Below are positions 38,401 through 51,133 of a stretch of 64,000 nt of DNA, piece after piece (the stretch's first letter is position 1; each line of letters begins with the position of its first letter). A program made the translations under genes and the position numbers. The notes beneath the pieces are model-generated. The model searched no databases and was not told the DNA's origin. It was given only the letters and a program-made list of their open reading frames with translations. Origin of the DNA: Styela clava (taxonomy: Eukaryota); NCBI RefSeq assembly GCF_964204865.1, contig NC_135260.1, forward strand, positions 14,198,001 to 14,262,000. Direction: 5' to 3'.

Positions 38401-41400
38401 GCAACATAAATTCCATTTAGATCAGTATCGTCAAAAACAAATTTTGTATCTTTGAAAGCTTTGTAATAGTAATTGTCAAATGCATAAACTCATTGGTATT
38501 GAGACGTCTTTCAATCTGGTAGCATTTGGTTGGTTGTTTACATTTTAGCGACGTCCAAAACGTATAATTAAGATAAACTTACGTAATGACTTCCCCACTG
38601 AAAAGGGATTCCTTTACTAAAATCCGTTTTGAAATATTGGTGATTGAAATGTTGAGCAAAGAACGGAAATAATACATTTGTATTTCTTGGACACGGAAGG
38701 AATTTTCGTCGCAATAAAAACTTCTTTGCAAGGAGTTCTGGGTTTGGAAGTTCTTTTTTCCCTGCAAAATAAAAATGTTATGCAAACTTGCTGTATTGTT
38801 TAGCATTGATATGAAATTTATATCATGGCACAGTAGTGATGGTACAGGTACATGATACAGATATGATTCATACTTTACAGAAAGCTCGGCTACCCGAAAG
38901 CTCGGTAAGGCCATTTAACCATTTCAATTTTTCAAATGATTCTCGTCCCATCGATAACAAAGCTGTACCTATTAACGAGTATAACAGATACGTTGGTAAC
39001 CATTATGTTTTAGAGTTAGACGATGTCTTTTAATATAGAATTTACAATTCAACCTTGGGAGCAGTCTGACTTGGATGGATAATCTATCGGTTCGATTGGA
39101 GACAGTCCAATTTCGTACATCCCAGATGACTGAACGACGTTGAACTGAACTTACCCTTTACACCCATTGGAGTCGGGCAGTTTTTTGGAACAGGATGCAG
39201 TGTTCGTGCATAAACCGATTTGTTGGTGTATGTATCCCATGTTGTATAATCATCCCAACCGATGTAGGCCGTTGGTTCATCAACAATGGACATACGCACT
39301 GAAATATAGCAAGAGAACACAAAGTTAGAAACTAATTATAAATAATAAACAGAATGACACGGTCTAAATCACGGCTGAGTAAGGTTTTTGGATCAGTGGC
39401 CGAAAAAATTTGCCCAACCGGCCCTGGGGCATGTAAATTCGATGTAAAAAGTAACATTTTATGAACAGTATTTACAGTGTTTAATTCGATCATTGATTAC
39501 TGATTTATTTGGTTTCTATACCATTTCTACAAAATATCACGCGTTATAAATTTGTGCTATTTGTGGTTGCTTGGCTAGAAATCACCAACCAGCCTGCTGA
39601 TTCTTATCGTTAAATGGCGAAATGTTTTCTTCGAACAAGTTTATTGCTGAATGTTTTCTACACGGGATTGTTTTCGTTGAAGCTGAGATTGAATTAAACA
39701 CCGCAAATCAGACTAAAATATACCGCAACAATTTCACGCTTGGCAAAATATTTTACGCTTTGGCTGTATATATAGTTTTATATTGAATCCATCGATTCTT
39801 ATCAAGTTTTACTACGATTTTTAGTGCTGAAAGAATCAGCGAATTGTTCTATTTTTCCTATATATGTGAAATTACAATTTGCATAGCAGCTGATGCTATG
39901 GATTTATCACTCGAAATGGCATTTTGCAAGTTAACTCAATGGTAAAGAAGACATAATTGTTTATTATAAATACATTTGAATCGAATATTTTTATTCTGAA
40001 ATTTATATTCGGAATTTTTTACAAAAAACATTTTATTGGTATAGCTAAAACTAACGTACACGCACGTAGATAAAATTAATTGTTTTTGGATATTCCCTAT
40101 AACATAGCAATATATTTTAGATATGCGAATCCTTTAGTCGGCCGTCCGCCTCACAGCGAAATGCTGCGGTTCCTTCTTGTTCGCGCAAAACAAACAAGGG
40201 AAACGCTTCATAAAATTCAGGAAGATTTGAATGAATAAAAACGATCGATCGGCCAAAAAATAGTTATTTTATTTGAATTATATACTTTAACTTGTGATGA
40301 ATATAATAGATATATATTTATTTCTTCTTATATTCCCCGCAAAGTCGTTACCCGCCATATTTGTAAGTCAAAAATTCCTAATTGGGTCCTGATTCCTTAC
40401 AAACTTATGCCCAAATCATATCCACAAGGAACGCTAACCAGAACCGAAAGACAAATCAAAATTTAAATAGAAGACGAACTATACGCCCACCCGGAATGGT
40501 AGAGAATCCTGAGAAACATGTGTACTCTGGTGATAAATATAAAGCGATCTGGTCAGGCAGAGGTTTTAATATCCAAATTGCCCAACATGGAGAGGTAAAT
40601 AGAATGTGGTATACCACACACTCGTGGTTGTGATGGTAATCGAATGTCTAACTGTTAGTCAGGATTGATATGAACGGGTTTTCAAAATTAAATTAAATGC
40701 ACAACCGGATTTCATATATCGGAAACCCAAGCTCCTCCTGCTTTAGCATTTCCATTAGGTAATGCATATGCTTCCGATTGAAGCTCAATAATTTTAGTCA
40801 AACGTGTTTAAATTTCAGTGTAAGTTAATGGGAAAACAACATAAATCATGGTGAAAATGATGTTAAGTTAATGAATAATTAAGTTTGAAATTACCTTTCA
40901 AAACAAGTCTCATCACTGCTTTCTTAAGCCAGTCCGTTTTATTCACAATATACCATAAATACTTGTAGTTTGTGACCAAATGTTGTAAAGTATCTCTTGA
41001 TGGTTTGAAAAACTTTTTGATTCTGGTTGAAAATTCCGCTAGTAAAATGTAAAGAACAAAGTAGGTAAGAGATACTGATGGTTAAATAAAAAAAGTATGG
41101 CCAGGTAGAAATCAAAACGTACCAGTTTCACAATGCCTTCCATAATATCCTGTTCTTGTGCATTCGCAAATATAATCATCAAATCCCTTTGTGTAACATA
41201 TTCCGTTATTTTGGCAGGGGAACGAACAACATGGGTTATCTGTTAAAAGTTTCATTAATTATTAGCCTGAGAATTGAAACTATCAAATGATAAAAATGTA
41301 CATATTTAGGCAGTTTTGTTACTGTATAAATAGTATTCCACAAAGTCTGGAGAAATTTAAATGAATAAAATATTTAAAAAAAGATTTTTCAAACATTTCA

Positions 41401-44400
41401 AGGTTTTAAAAAGTTTGACAATAATGGACAACAACAAGAAAATAGTAAAAAAAATTAAAAGAATATTCCCCTTTTACGTACAGAGACTCAAAATATTGTT
41501 TAATTAATTTCGTTTTCAAAAACTTGGTCTATTCAAAAAATATCACGCGTTATAAATTTGTGCTATTTGTGATTGCTTTGCTATAAATCACCACCATGCA
41601 AAACCTAATTCTTTTTGTTATAATCATACGCTAATTAGATCGTTAAACGTCGAAATGTTTTCTTCAAAATGGAACATGTTGATTGTTGAATATTTTCTAC
41701 ACGGGACTGTTTTAATTGAAGTTGAGACTGAATTAAACACCGTAAATTAGACTAAAATACCGTAACAAAATGGGTAAGAAATAATGATGATTAAATTAAA
41801 AAACATAGCCAGGTAAAGCAAAACTCAAAAAAGATTTTTTTTTCCATATAAACCCACGAAATTCAAAATATGATAAAAAAAAATAAATATGTACACAGTT
41901 ATGCACCGACAAAAAGAAAGAATGAGAAAAGAAGTTTCATATGGGTGTCGCCGTTGTTTACGCGGCACAATTTAAAAGCCAAATCGACTACTGACATATT
42001 TCACGTTAATGTCCAAATTTCCAACCGTGCGGAGAAGCCACAGGTTAGGTTAATGGGAAGGCCATCACAAGTCAAATATTTTTACCCAATTGTCGCTTGT
42101 CAATATAACTTCATTTTAATGACTTTCCCTTGGTACAATTCTCCTTCACCTATTGCTCTTTTCGTGACAGTGTTGACTTGTATTAAGTCAAGTCTCACGT
42201 TAATCGTATATACGAATAGCTATAACAACGCCAATGGTCGCCACCAACCCTTCTATTCGCACGACTTAATTTTGGTTGGAAGCTTGGAACCTCAATTTAA
42301 ACAAACTACATATATAAAATATAATTTGGCTGTTGTAAAGCTTTTCAGCCATGTTAAAATGATGACCTTCACTGGCGCCAAAACGGGGGCTCACGTCACA
42401 ATGCCGCAATTGAGAATGTTTATTCAATCATAGTTAAAATATTTTTCAATTGCATTCCGTTTTTTATATTTAATCAGAGTACAGCAAAAACATCTATCAC
42501 CGAGAATGTATTTCACACGAAAGGCATATTCCGACTTAAATGACTACTGACTGATAATTATTAGACCATGAGCGGATAAGTGTCATTGAATATTGTCAGT
42601 CATAGAAACCCAGTTTTCAGTTAGCTTGATATTTCGCTGCGGAATCACAACAAAATTTCAGGATAATCTACATGTAGTCACCAAGAAATCAAAGAATAAT
42701 TAAATAATGTGACATATTTGCTTTTGTGTTATTCAGTTTCAAAATAGGGAATCGGTTCATCCCACGAAAAGCACAATAAATTGCATAATCATTCAAAAAT
42801 CGTACTGAAATGTTGAAAACAAACATGATATACTCACATTGAATTTTGTTTGATTTACAGCTACGTATTGCAACTATTTCCAATATGAGCATGAAAAATA
42901 CTGAAAAATAAAATATAAAATTTAAATAGGACAGTTCATCTAGATGTCCAAAAGTAAAAATTGTGTCTTCAGACTATCATCAAAAGTTAAAAGTTATTTA
43001 TTTACAAACGGTCAATAGCTAATATCTGGGAATCTTATACGAGCTCTCTGATATTTTGGAATATATTTTCTGGTCACCCCATGCTGGGCCGCCGCAACAC
43101 TAAACAAAATGTCGTATCACGTTCTTCACCGCTCACCACTTTTGACATGATAATAGTTGAAAAGTTACAAAATTAGGAATGTTTAACAGAGGAAGACACC
43201 AAAAGCCCCACAATCCCTTTAACCATGACCACTTAAGTCTTGTACAAGCGGCGAGATGATCGTTTTGTCACTCTTCTATGTAGCAACCACAAAGCCGGCA
43301 CTTTCGTCATTGTCCGCAAACGTAAATTGCCCTTTTTATGTATACTTTTTAAACTTTTAATAATTATTTCTCGACTGCTATCCCAAATTTCATGATTCAT
43401 CGTATATGTTACGGGAAATACAGAATCATGTGTTCATAAAGCCTCATATGACGATAACATTTTGCATGGATTTCAACATAGTTCGTAAACTGTTTTATTT
43501 GTTTGATATTTAGCACTTTGGATGTATTAGATCCATATCATTGTATCGAATCGCCTAAATAGGACTCGCGAAGATTGCGAAGTTCGTCAAGTTAGGAGAT
43601 GCATATTGATACAACCTCATATTAACAAATTGATTTGCGAATGTCACTAACGCGACACATTTTGTCGTCAAATCGGAAATCATTAGTCGTAACTGAAGAT
43701 TGATTTACGAATATTAATTTCCGGCAATGTGTCACACTCTTCCAACACCCTGTATTTAAAAACAAAAACTCATATACCCTTTATTATTTTACAACATTTG
43801 AGCATGAAATTATTGGCAGTGGATAAGGTTAGAATCAGAAATCATGAAATTTCGCGTACAAACTGCAGAAATCGAACGACATATTTTGGAACTTATCTTA
43901 ATTAGCCATTTTCGGGCATAGTTTATTTTATGAGAAGCAACAGTCGTTTAGCACTATTCCATGGCGATAGCCGCTGGCTACCTATACTGAGCCAATTATA
44001 AGTTTATTGAAAATGTATAACGAAGAAATGTCACGTGTATTGTAATAGGTAATCGATCCAAATATACTGGAAGCCGATTATGAATCATGGGATCAAAAAG
44101 TAGGAATTATTTGACTTGAACATGTTTTGGGTATGAACAATAAAGACATGCCGTCGGAGCTTATATATGGTTTATATATTACTGATTAACATATTGGGAA
44201 TATTTGACATTTTCTGGCGAATTAATCGTCTTTCCGACCTATTTGACTGACCTGCCGACTAGAATGTCAAACGATTTCCCTTTTTATAAGTACTTGTCTT
44301 CAAATTTAAAGTAATTATGACAATTGAAAGCGATAATTAATAGCAAACGCGCGACTGCACTAAGTACTTTGAAGAAGAAAATTACATATTCATACAATGA

Positions 44401-44585
44401 TATTATAACGTCTACTTATATCCTATGAAATGTAGATGTTGTCATGTCGTTTCTAAACTGCGATAGTATTTCACTCAGTAAACCATAAAACGCTAATTTA
44501 GGTTGAACAACTTTTCAAATAAAATACGACTTGCAATACAATGTTTATAAAACTGATAAACCATACCTGCTTTCGTGATAGCCAT
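32416..44585 (-). CDS. PTGS: Prostaglandin G/H synthase (cyclooxygenase), 13 coding exons
   Basis: Phase-consistent exons 44567-44585, 42838-42900, 41123-41239 (EGF domain [14 protein letters not shown]), 40895-41038, 39155-39298, 38583-38761 ([12 protein letters not shown]), 37808-38049, 37321-37412 (REHNRVCD), 36667-36841 (EFHSLYHWH; Tyr385 and His388), 34843-34954, 33368-33515, 32969-33118 (GSPYSLKG; Ser530), 32416-32780. Signal peptide and C-terminal NLEL*. Confidence 0.95.
33745..34568 (+). mobile_element. Degenerate hAT element in a PTGS intron
   Basis: Ends caggggtgcggca / ttgctcgttcctg, decayed CCCEQF-like hAT C-terminal remnant near 34385, TSD degenerate. Confidence 0.45.
35238..36466. 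mobile_element. Non-autonomous hAT (Ac-type) element in a PTGS intron
   Basis: TIRs tagagatgtac / gtacatctcta, dense CCGATA subterminal repeats at both ends, flanking duplication TGCACAAC (35230-35237; 36469-36476, offset by 2 nt). Confidence 0.8.
39531..39730. repeat. About 200-bp interspersed repeat, second copy at about 41537-41768
   Basis: Both copies start aaaatatcacgcgttataaatttgtgctatttgtg and end gaattaaacaccg...gactaaaata...ccg(c/t)aacaa; they sit in two different PTGS introns. Confidence 0.75.
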
Positions 44586-44708
44586 ATTATCGTGCAGCAA
44601 AGTCGATCCTTGTCAAAATCGTTTGATTATCTTTTTCTGAAGAAGAAACCCCCAAACTAGTAGCTATGTAGTATCTCAATAGTCTATGAATTTAATGAGA
44701 TGCGTTAG

Positions 44709-44714
44709 TTTATA
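44709..44714 (-). promoter_or_regulatory. Candidate TATA box of PTGS
   Basis: TATAAA on the - strand about 125 nt upstream of the predicted ATG at 44585. Confidence 0.45.
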
Positions 44715-46203
44715 AGTAGCCCAAACAGGTGACGATTCGGCGAAAGTTTCAAAATTTAGAGAATTCTCACTACCCCTTCACCACTTTAAAGACTTCATGC
44801 GTGGGTTCATTCGCATTAAAATTACAGTAGGATGCGTGAATCATAGAAAAACTAAGGCTCAGTTCTGAACTACATTTTTGTACAATTCATGGTAGTTGGG
44901 GCGTAACGTTTTTACGTACGCATACGTAATACGTGATCCTTACGCAGACAATGCGTAAGTTTGTAACCGGTAACATAATTATATGGCAGGCCTAATTTTT
45001 TATAAAAAACACCTTGGGAAGGATATCGTATTCGTACGCAAAATAGAAACGTCTGAACATGAGAACACAGCCCGAACAAAATATTTGGGTGTGTCGTGAA
45101 AACAATTTGATGAAAGCACTTAAAAAAATCGGAAGTTCCTCCTTAACTTTCTAAATCTGTTCTTCAATTTATAATTCTTTTGGCCTGAAATGCGTCGCCA
45201 TAGAAGGCCAGCACTATTTATATTCATGATGACAAACTCAAACCATGTGTTGCAAATGGAAACGCGTAACCAAGTATTCACTAGCCCGTCAATCTCGCAT
45301 CTACGTCTATCGTACCCTTTCTTTCAAACCTCTTCAGCTTCCAATTCTTTGAAGCAAACGAACAACGCGTGATTCACAATTTTTTTTTTTCATTTCAGAA
45401 ATAACCCCGTTATGGGTACAAAGATTCAATTATGTTGTTAACATTTCTGACCAGATTTGATGGAAAACAGATTTGTAATAAACCTTAATAATATAGGCCG
45501 AGTTTGTTGAAAAGCTTTTCGGTAAAACGGCATTGACATCCGTTTTCACAACATTTTTATGAAATTCGCAAAACGATAAAATATTCACGCAAGATTGTGA
45601 ATAATGGAATCTTGGTATTCAATCCAAAACCTCATATAGCCATTAGAATTTTTAAAATAATGGCTTAGAAAAACTGCATTTTACCGTTTAAAATTGTAGA
45701 TAATTTGTGTTGAATTTTTTTCAGTCTTGTCTCGTAGTTTATAACTCTGTTGGATGTTGGATTTTTTTTTCTATTCGCTTTCTCGTAAAATAATAATTAA
45801 TTATCTGTTAATAAATCTGAAACGCATACCTGAATGGCGTATGGCGACTGAACATCGACGCAAAATTAAATATACTATTCTATTATTTTCTAAAAATCAG
45901 TTTATACACTGGAAAGCTGTTTTTGCAATATGCTCAGTGAATAAAAAAGTCTTCAAACTTTTTGAAATAGCCTATGACTCTTGATGAACGAAATAATTTC
46001 GAGGGACTACTATAAACCGTATATCTATAGCTGTTCGTGAATTTATAGGAAAGGGTATGTTTTGCAGGATACGGTTTAGTTGATATTCGTGTTTCCTCTA
46101 AACCAAAGTATAGTAAACAAATTGATCATTGATGATAACGCAATGATATATGTCCGTGAGTCAATGACAAGGAGCTGTAAGCAATAGCCAATTTCAATAT
46201 AAT

Positions 46204-47016
46204 TCGTCACGCTAATAACCGAATTGCGTAAGTCATTTTTAGCAGTTTTGTGAAAAACGTAAAAAACTTCCTAATGATATTGTTATGCCATTGAGAGTCA
46301 ATAATTTGCCATGGTTCAATTTTTTGATGGTAGCCGGATTTAAGTCAATTTGTATGACGCAGTTAAGTGACGTCATAATGGCGCACTGTGACTCAGGCAG
46401 AAATGTGTCTATGACTTGGGGACATACGCAATTTTGCAACTTTACTATATGCACCAGTCCTGAAAACTAAACATTCCACAAACGAATGTAATTCTCAGTA
46501 TCTACAATGTCCAATCCCCAAAATATCTAATCAGTTTCGATTACATTATTTTTTATGTTTAAAAATATATATTTCATCAATATAACACGTTCTGCACACC
46601 CACCAAAATAAGATTAAGATTAAATATAAAGAATAAAACAGCAATGCATCCAATATAAAAGCCAACCAAGGCGAATTGGACTCGGACAGTGAATATCACA
46701 AGTGCACGCCTTCCCATACTGTAGTATAAATTCAAATTAATACGCGCTAAGCTAGAATCCGAAATGCAAAAACTCGAAAAAACTTCGCCAAGGTTATTTT
46801 GCCTTCGTGACGTCACAATAATTCTGCGGTAACAATGATAATTCATTATGACGAAACAATTGCACAAATGTACATGTCATACTAAACCTCCTTTTTTATG
46901 GGTTTTGGAATTCTTAAAATAAAACAGACAGGTGCGCAGCATTACATAAATACCTATTTTATAAAAAACTCAAAATCGCCAAAAATGACTTACGAATTCG
47001 GTTATTAGCGTGACGA
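46204..47016. mobile_element. MITE with 36-37 bp terminal inverted repeats
   Basis: tcgtcacgctaataaccgaatt(g)cgtaagtcattttt at 46204-46240 and its reverse complement at 46981-47016. An internal 38-nt stretch also occurs at about 18971-19008. Confidence 0.8.
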
Positions 47017-49416
47017 TATATTTTTTGATAAAATAAGGTCATAGCAGAGTACCAAGAATTAACCAAAAATGATTAAAACCGGAAGCATTATTGCGACCCA
47101 ACTTAAGTATCATAAAGTTTTTATTTCAATTTGCAATTATATGCAAAAAATTGTGTCTGATAATGAATTTATGAAAAATCACAGCGATATACACGCATTC
47201 GAGACATTCTGATCACATACCCAAATGTGCAAAATTAAATTTCGGAAATTCTGCTGTCTTTAGATGTTAATTTTAACTAGTCATACATAAACTTCTACCG
47301 AAGTTGAGAATATGTCATTTTCCACTCAATACTTAGAGTCATCTTGAGTTCATAAAGTATGACCAAATGTTCTGGGGACAAACGCAGATGCTTAACAAAC
47401 CACCACTACTGAAATTCCTCCATTCATCAGAACATCCCTCTTTACATAGAGAGTTAAACAACCCACTTTGTCCATATTTTGAGAAACAATGTGACTAATA
47501 CTAGGTTAAAATCAAGTAAACGGAGTACCGACTCCTGTTCCTAGCAAAAATTGTGTTCCATGTAAAAAAAAAAAGGTTATGTAAATGATAAACATTTACT
47601 TTTGAAACTTGAAAATAAAAATAAAGTCATTTAGCAAAAAATAAATATATAAATAAAAATGAAAATACCTATGTTTACATGGGAAATACTTTTCATGATT
47701 TTGCTTTGTTATTTCCGTGTAATGCTTAACGGATTACTCCTATCATTCATGATCTCGTTTATTTTTGGCGGGAACTTGAAGAATAGTTAATCATTCAAAT
47801 CGAATACGAGACTTTACCTGCTACTGTAGTAGTGTGTAAGCCCATTCCGAGAATATCGTGTCATTGTAATTCACTTTTATTCGGGTAATGTTAATTATAT
47901 TTTGTAAGGAATACCACTCTATTTGTCTTGTACTTCGTTCACTAAAGCGACTTTATACCTGGTGGCCACGAAGCAATTCAAGGGAGTGGAATAGTTGTAA
48001 TAAAATGAACTTACAACATGTAGCAAAAACATAAATAAAATCATAATATCGGGTTTATCGAGTGATTTCACTATCTTTCATTGGTTATTTTAATCATACT
48101 CCAGGTTGAAGTAGATGTGAACATAAAGTGATGAGCATAATACCCATTCGTGATATGTACGAGACTGTATCATTGCCAATGCTGGACACGCGATAATGAA
48201 TATTGATGATGTCTGCATAAATTTGGAAATCTTGTAGACAGACGCTCCATTCAAACCCGTGCCAAACTTCTGTCATTTTCAAAAAAATCTGGTTGAAAAT
48301 TTGATGAGATTATTTATTATATATACATCAAGGGTGGATTCGTAACAAAATTTCAGCCACGCCTGGGACAAAAGAATATTTTTAATAAAAGTTTTATTTA
48401 TTTTATAGTTCCCGGAGTCGAATTGTTCATTCCCAATCGCGCTGTTAGAATTATTTTTATCGGCTTCCCTGTTTGTCTTTCTACTGGCTTAAAAAAAATT
48501 TAAATTAGAATCGAGCATCGAGCATTGTTTTAAATGCAACGAAGATAATCGATTTTTGGCAAGGCAATTATTACGATAATTCAGAGATTTTAGGAACTTC
48601 TGCATACGCAGAGCAATCAAAAATAGCTTGTTAGCTTAACGATGTGCCTTTTTCTTTGGAAACAATCCTCATTGGCATTGGTGTTGGATTGATAAAACTA
48701 ATTGGATTTGTACTGGTTTGAAAAAAATTACTTGGCAAAGTATATTTTAAGTTTTTTTAAACATTTCAATTGGCTATTTTAGTATATCGTCCATTTTAGA
48801 AACTAGCTAAAATCAATTGAATGCAAATAGACCAATACGATAAAAGACGTACAATTCAGAACAGCATTATTAAATTGTATATATTTATGCCATGTCAAAT
48901 TATATTAGACTACGGCATTCATAACATTGAAAACATTGTGCAATGCGATAACATTAATTATAAAATGGATATGATATACCAGATGCAATTCATTTCCTTG
49001 TTTCATAAATAATTTCCGCAAACTATGCTACCATGTCGAATATTTATAATAAATTAGCATCAACCCATTTAATTTGAATTGACTAATCTTTGATTTATGA
49101 TGAACAACAAAAATATTATTCACTATTATCATGCTGTTGTGAACGTTGACTCAGAGAGATGTACGAAAAAATCGTGAATAAGTTGTTCTTCTATGACATC
49201 ATAGCAGATAGCTAAGCTCACAGAATTCAGACTTGATAAATTGAGGAGAATAAATATTTGGTCTTTTCTGTTTATATAAAAAAGGCTCAATTGTATTTTT
49301 AAGCTTTCATTCATATAAAGTCGAGCAAACAGTTTCCGATTCAACCGGTAGCGGCGCCATATAATATGAATTCCACATTGGTCATTGTGATTTAGTGCCA
49401 CCTTACGTGTTATATC

Positions 49417-49882
49417 CAGTGATGAGCTGGAAAAATCGTAACAACCGGAACGCACCTAATTCGCAAAAATGTAATATATTTACAACAAGACGCGGACAGA
49501 ATGATTTGACTGTCCTAAGATAGAGTCGAAGAACTGCAATGAAATATGGAGAAATTATCTGAAATATGTCTGTGTAGAATTACAAGAATATTTATAGCAA
49601 TTCAATACAAATGTTATTTTTAGAAAGGTATAAGATGAATTTCCATGGGATTAAAGGTCGGGGAAATATCTTTTACACGTTACTTTTGTACTAATTATTT
49701 GCGCGATGTGATGTAAGAATTACGAATTATATTGTAACAAAACATAAATTAATCACTAGTTTAACCAGAGAAACTAGACTTTTTGTACCATAATTTAATT
49801 TTAACAACAGGAACGCAAATGCAATAAAATGTCCAACAACCGGAACGCCGTTCCGGTGCGTTCCGGCTACAGCTCACCACTG
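49417..49882. mobile_element. Non-autonomous hAT element
   Basis: TIRs cagtgatgagctg / cagctcaccactg, perfect 8-bp TSD GTTATATC, CCGGAACG subterminal repeats. Confidence 0.85.
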
Positions 49883-51133
49883 GTTATATCTGATGTACAG
49901 CTATTTTCACTTTAGATAATTGATATTGTCTGGCTCGATATCATTTTTTGCCGGTACTTCGGAAATGCAGTGAGCGCTAGTTTTTACATATTTTAAGCAC
50001 TTTGCAGAAGTTCGCTGGTTATATAACTCCTTTTTACAAGATTTTGTTGTATTAATGGCCTGATTATTTATCCCCTTTAACCAATTCGACATTACAAAAC
50101 CCGAATTTATAACTGAAAAATGCTTGTAGAATTAACCAACTACCTAGTAGTCTCAAATACTAGTCTCAAATATAAATAGATAAAATTGACATGTTGAATA
50201 TTACCAGAATTTTTATTATTATTACTGAAATCATTATTTTCATCAAATTTCGATAGAATATTTACCAATTATATTGGGTTGGTGTAAAAAAAATGACCAA
50301 GAAATGTCGAACCCTGAAGTTGACTCCTGTGTTTCAGTTGCTGTTTGTGTATAATTGTGTTCGGAGAAAAGGTTGAATCACGTCACGAAATTAAAAATTC
50401 TTCACAGCACACCCCATTGGCACACCAGGGAGTGGGAGAAGGGAGTTGAGGGTCATGCCCCACGCCTAATTTTCAACATTTATTCAAAATGCAATTTTGC
50501 GGCATTTACAATGAGACATTAATTTCAAAATTTGTCTCCCCAACCCCCCACTAAAAAAAATTTGGGCTGTCTACGCTCTTGCCTTATCCTGACCAGCTCG
50601 AACAACGGCTATGGCGTGAAAAATAACAACACAATAAAACACCATGGTTGTTTATTAGCACTCAAATTAATCGCAAACGATCCGAACAAGCTAGAAAAAA
50701 AATGCGTTTTACATAGTTTTGCTATGTAATAGTATAAATGGCGCTTACGCAATCAAAAATCACTATCCTCGTTACAGTGTAGCGAATGTGGGATGTAACT
50801 ATGGATTTTAATGTTATTTAACCGCTTTATATTAATAATATGTGAATTTAATGAATAGGTCAGTGCCCTATTTTCCCTGATTATAGTTTTCATGTTTTGT
50901 GTTAATTACTTATTTAGATTTCAACCGTATAACTGGTATTATTACTTAAGTGTATATTTTAATATATTTGTTTAGATTCAATTCGATCGTGCAACTTTAA
51001 AATATACGAATATTTGGCATTACAATAAATTGTGTGCCTATTGACCTCTGAGGACTATAATAAAACGGGAGCAAGAACACGCAGATATAGGGACACTCAA
51101 TTCCCTATACCAAATTGCCAAGTATTACAAGAG

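Noticed and set aside
41870-42433. 187-aa ORF antisense within PTGS intron 2
   Set aside because: No recognisable domain or splice context; probably chance or a repeat remnant, though untested.
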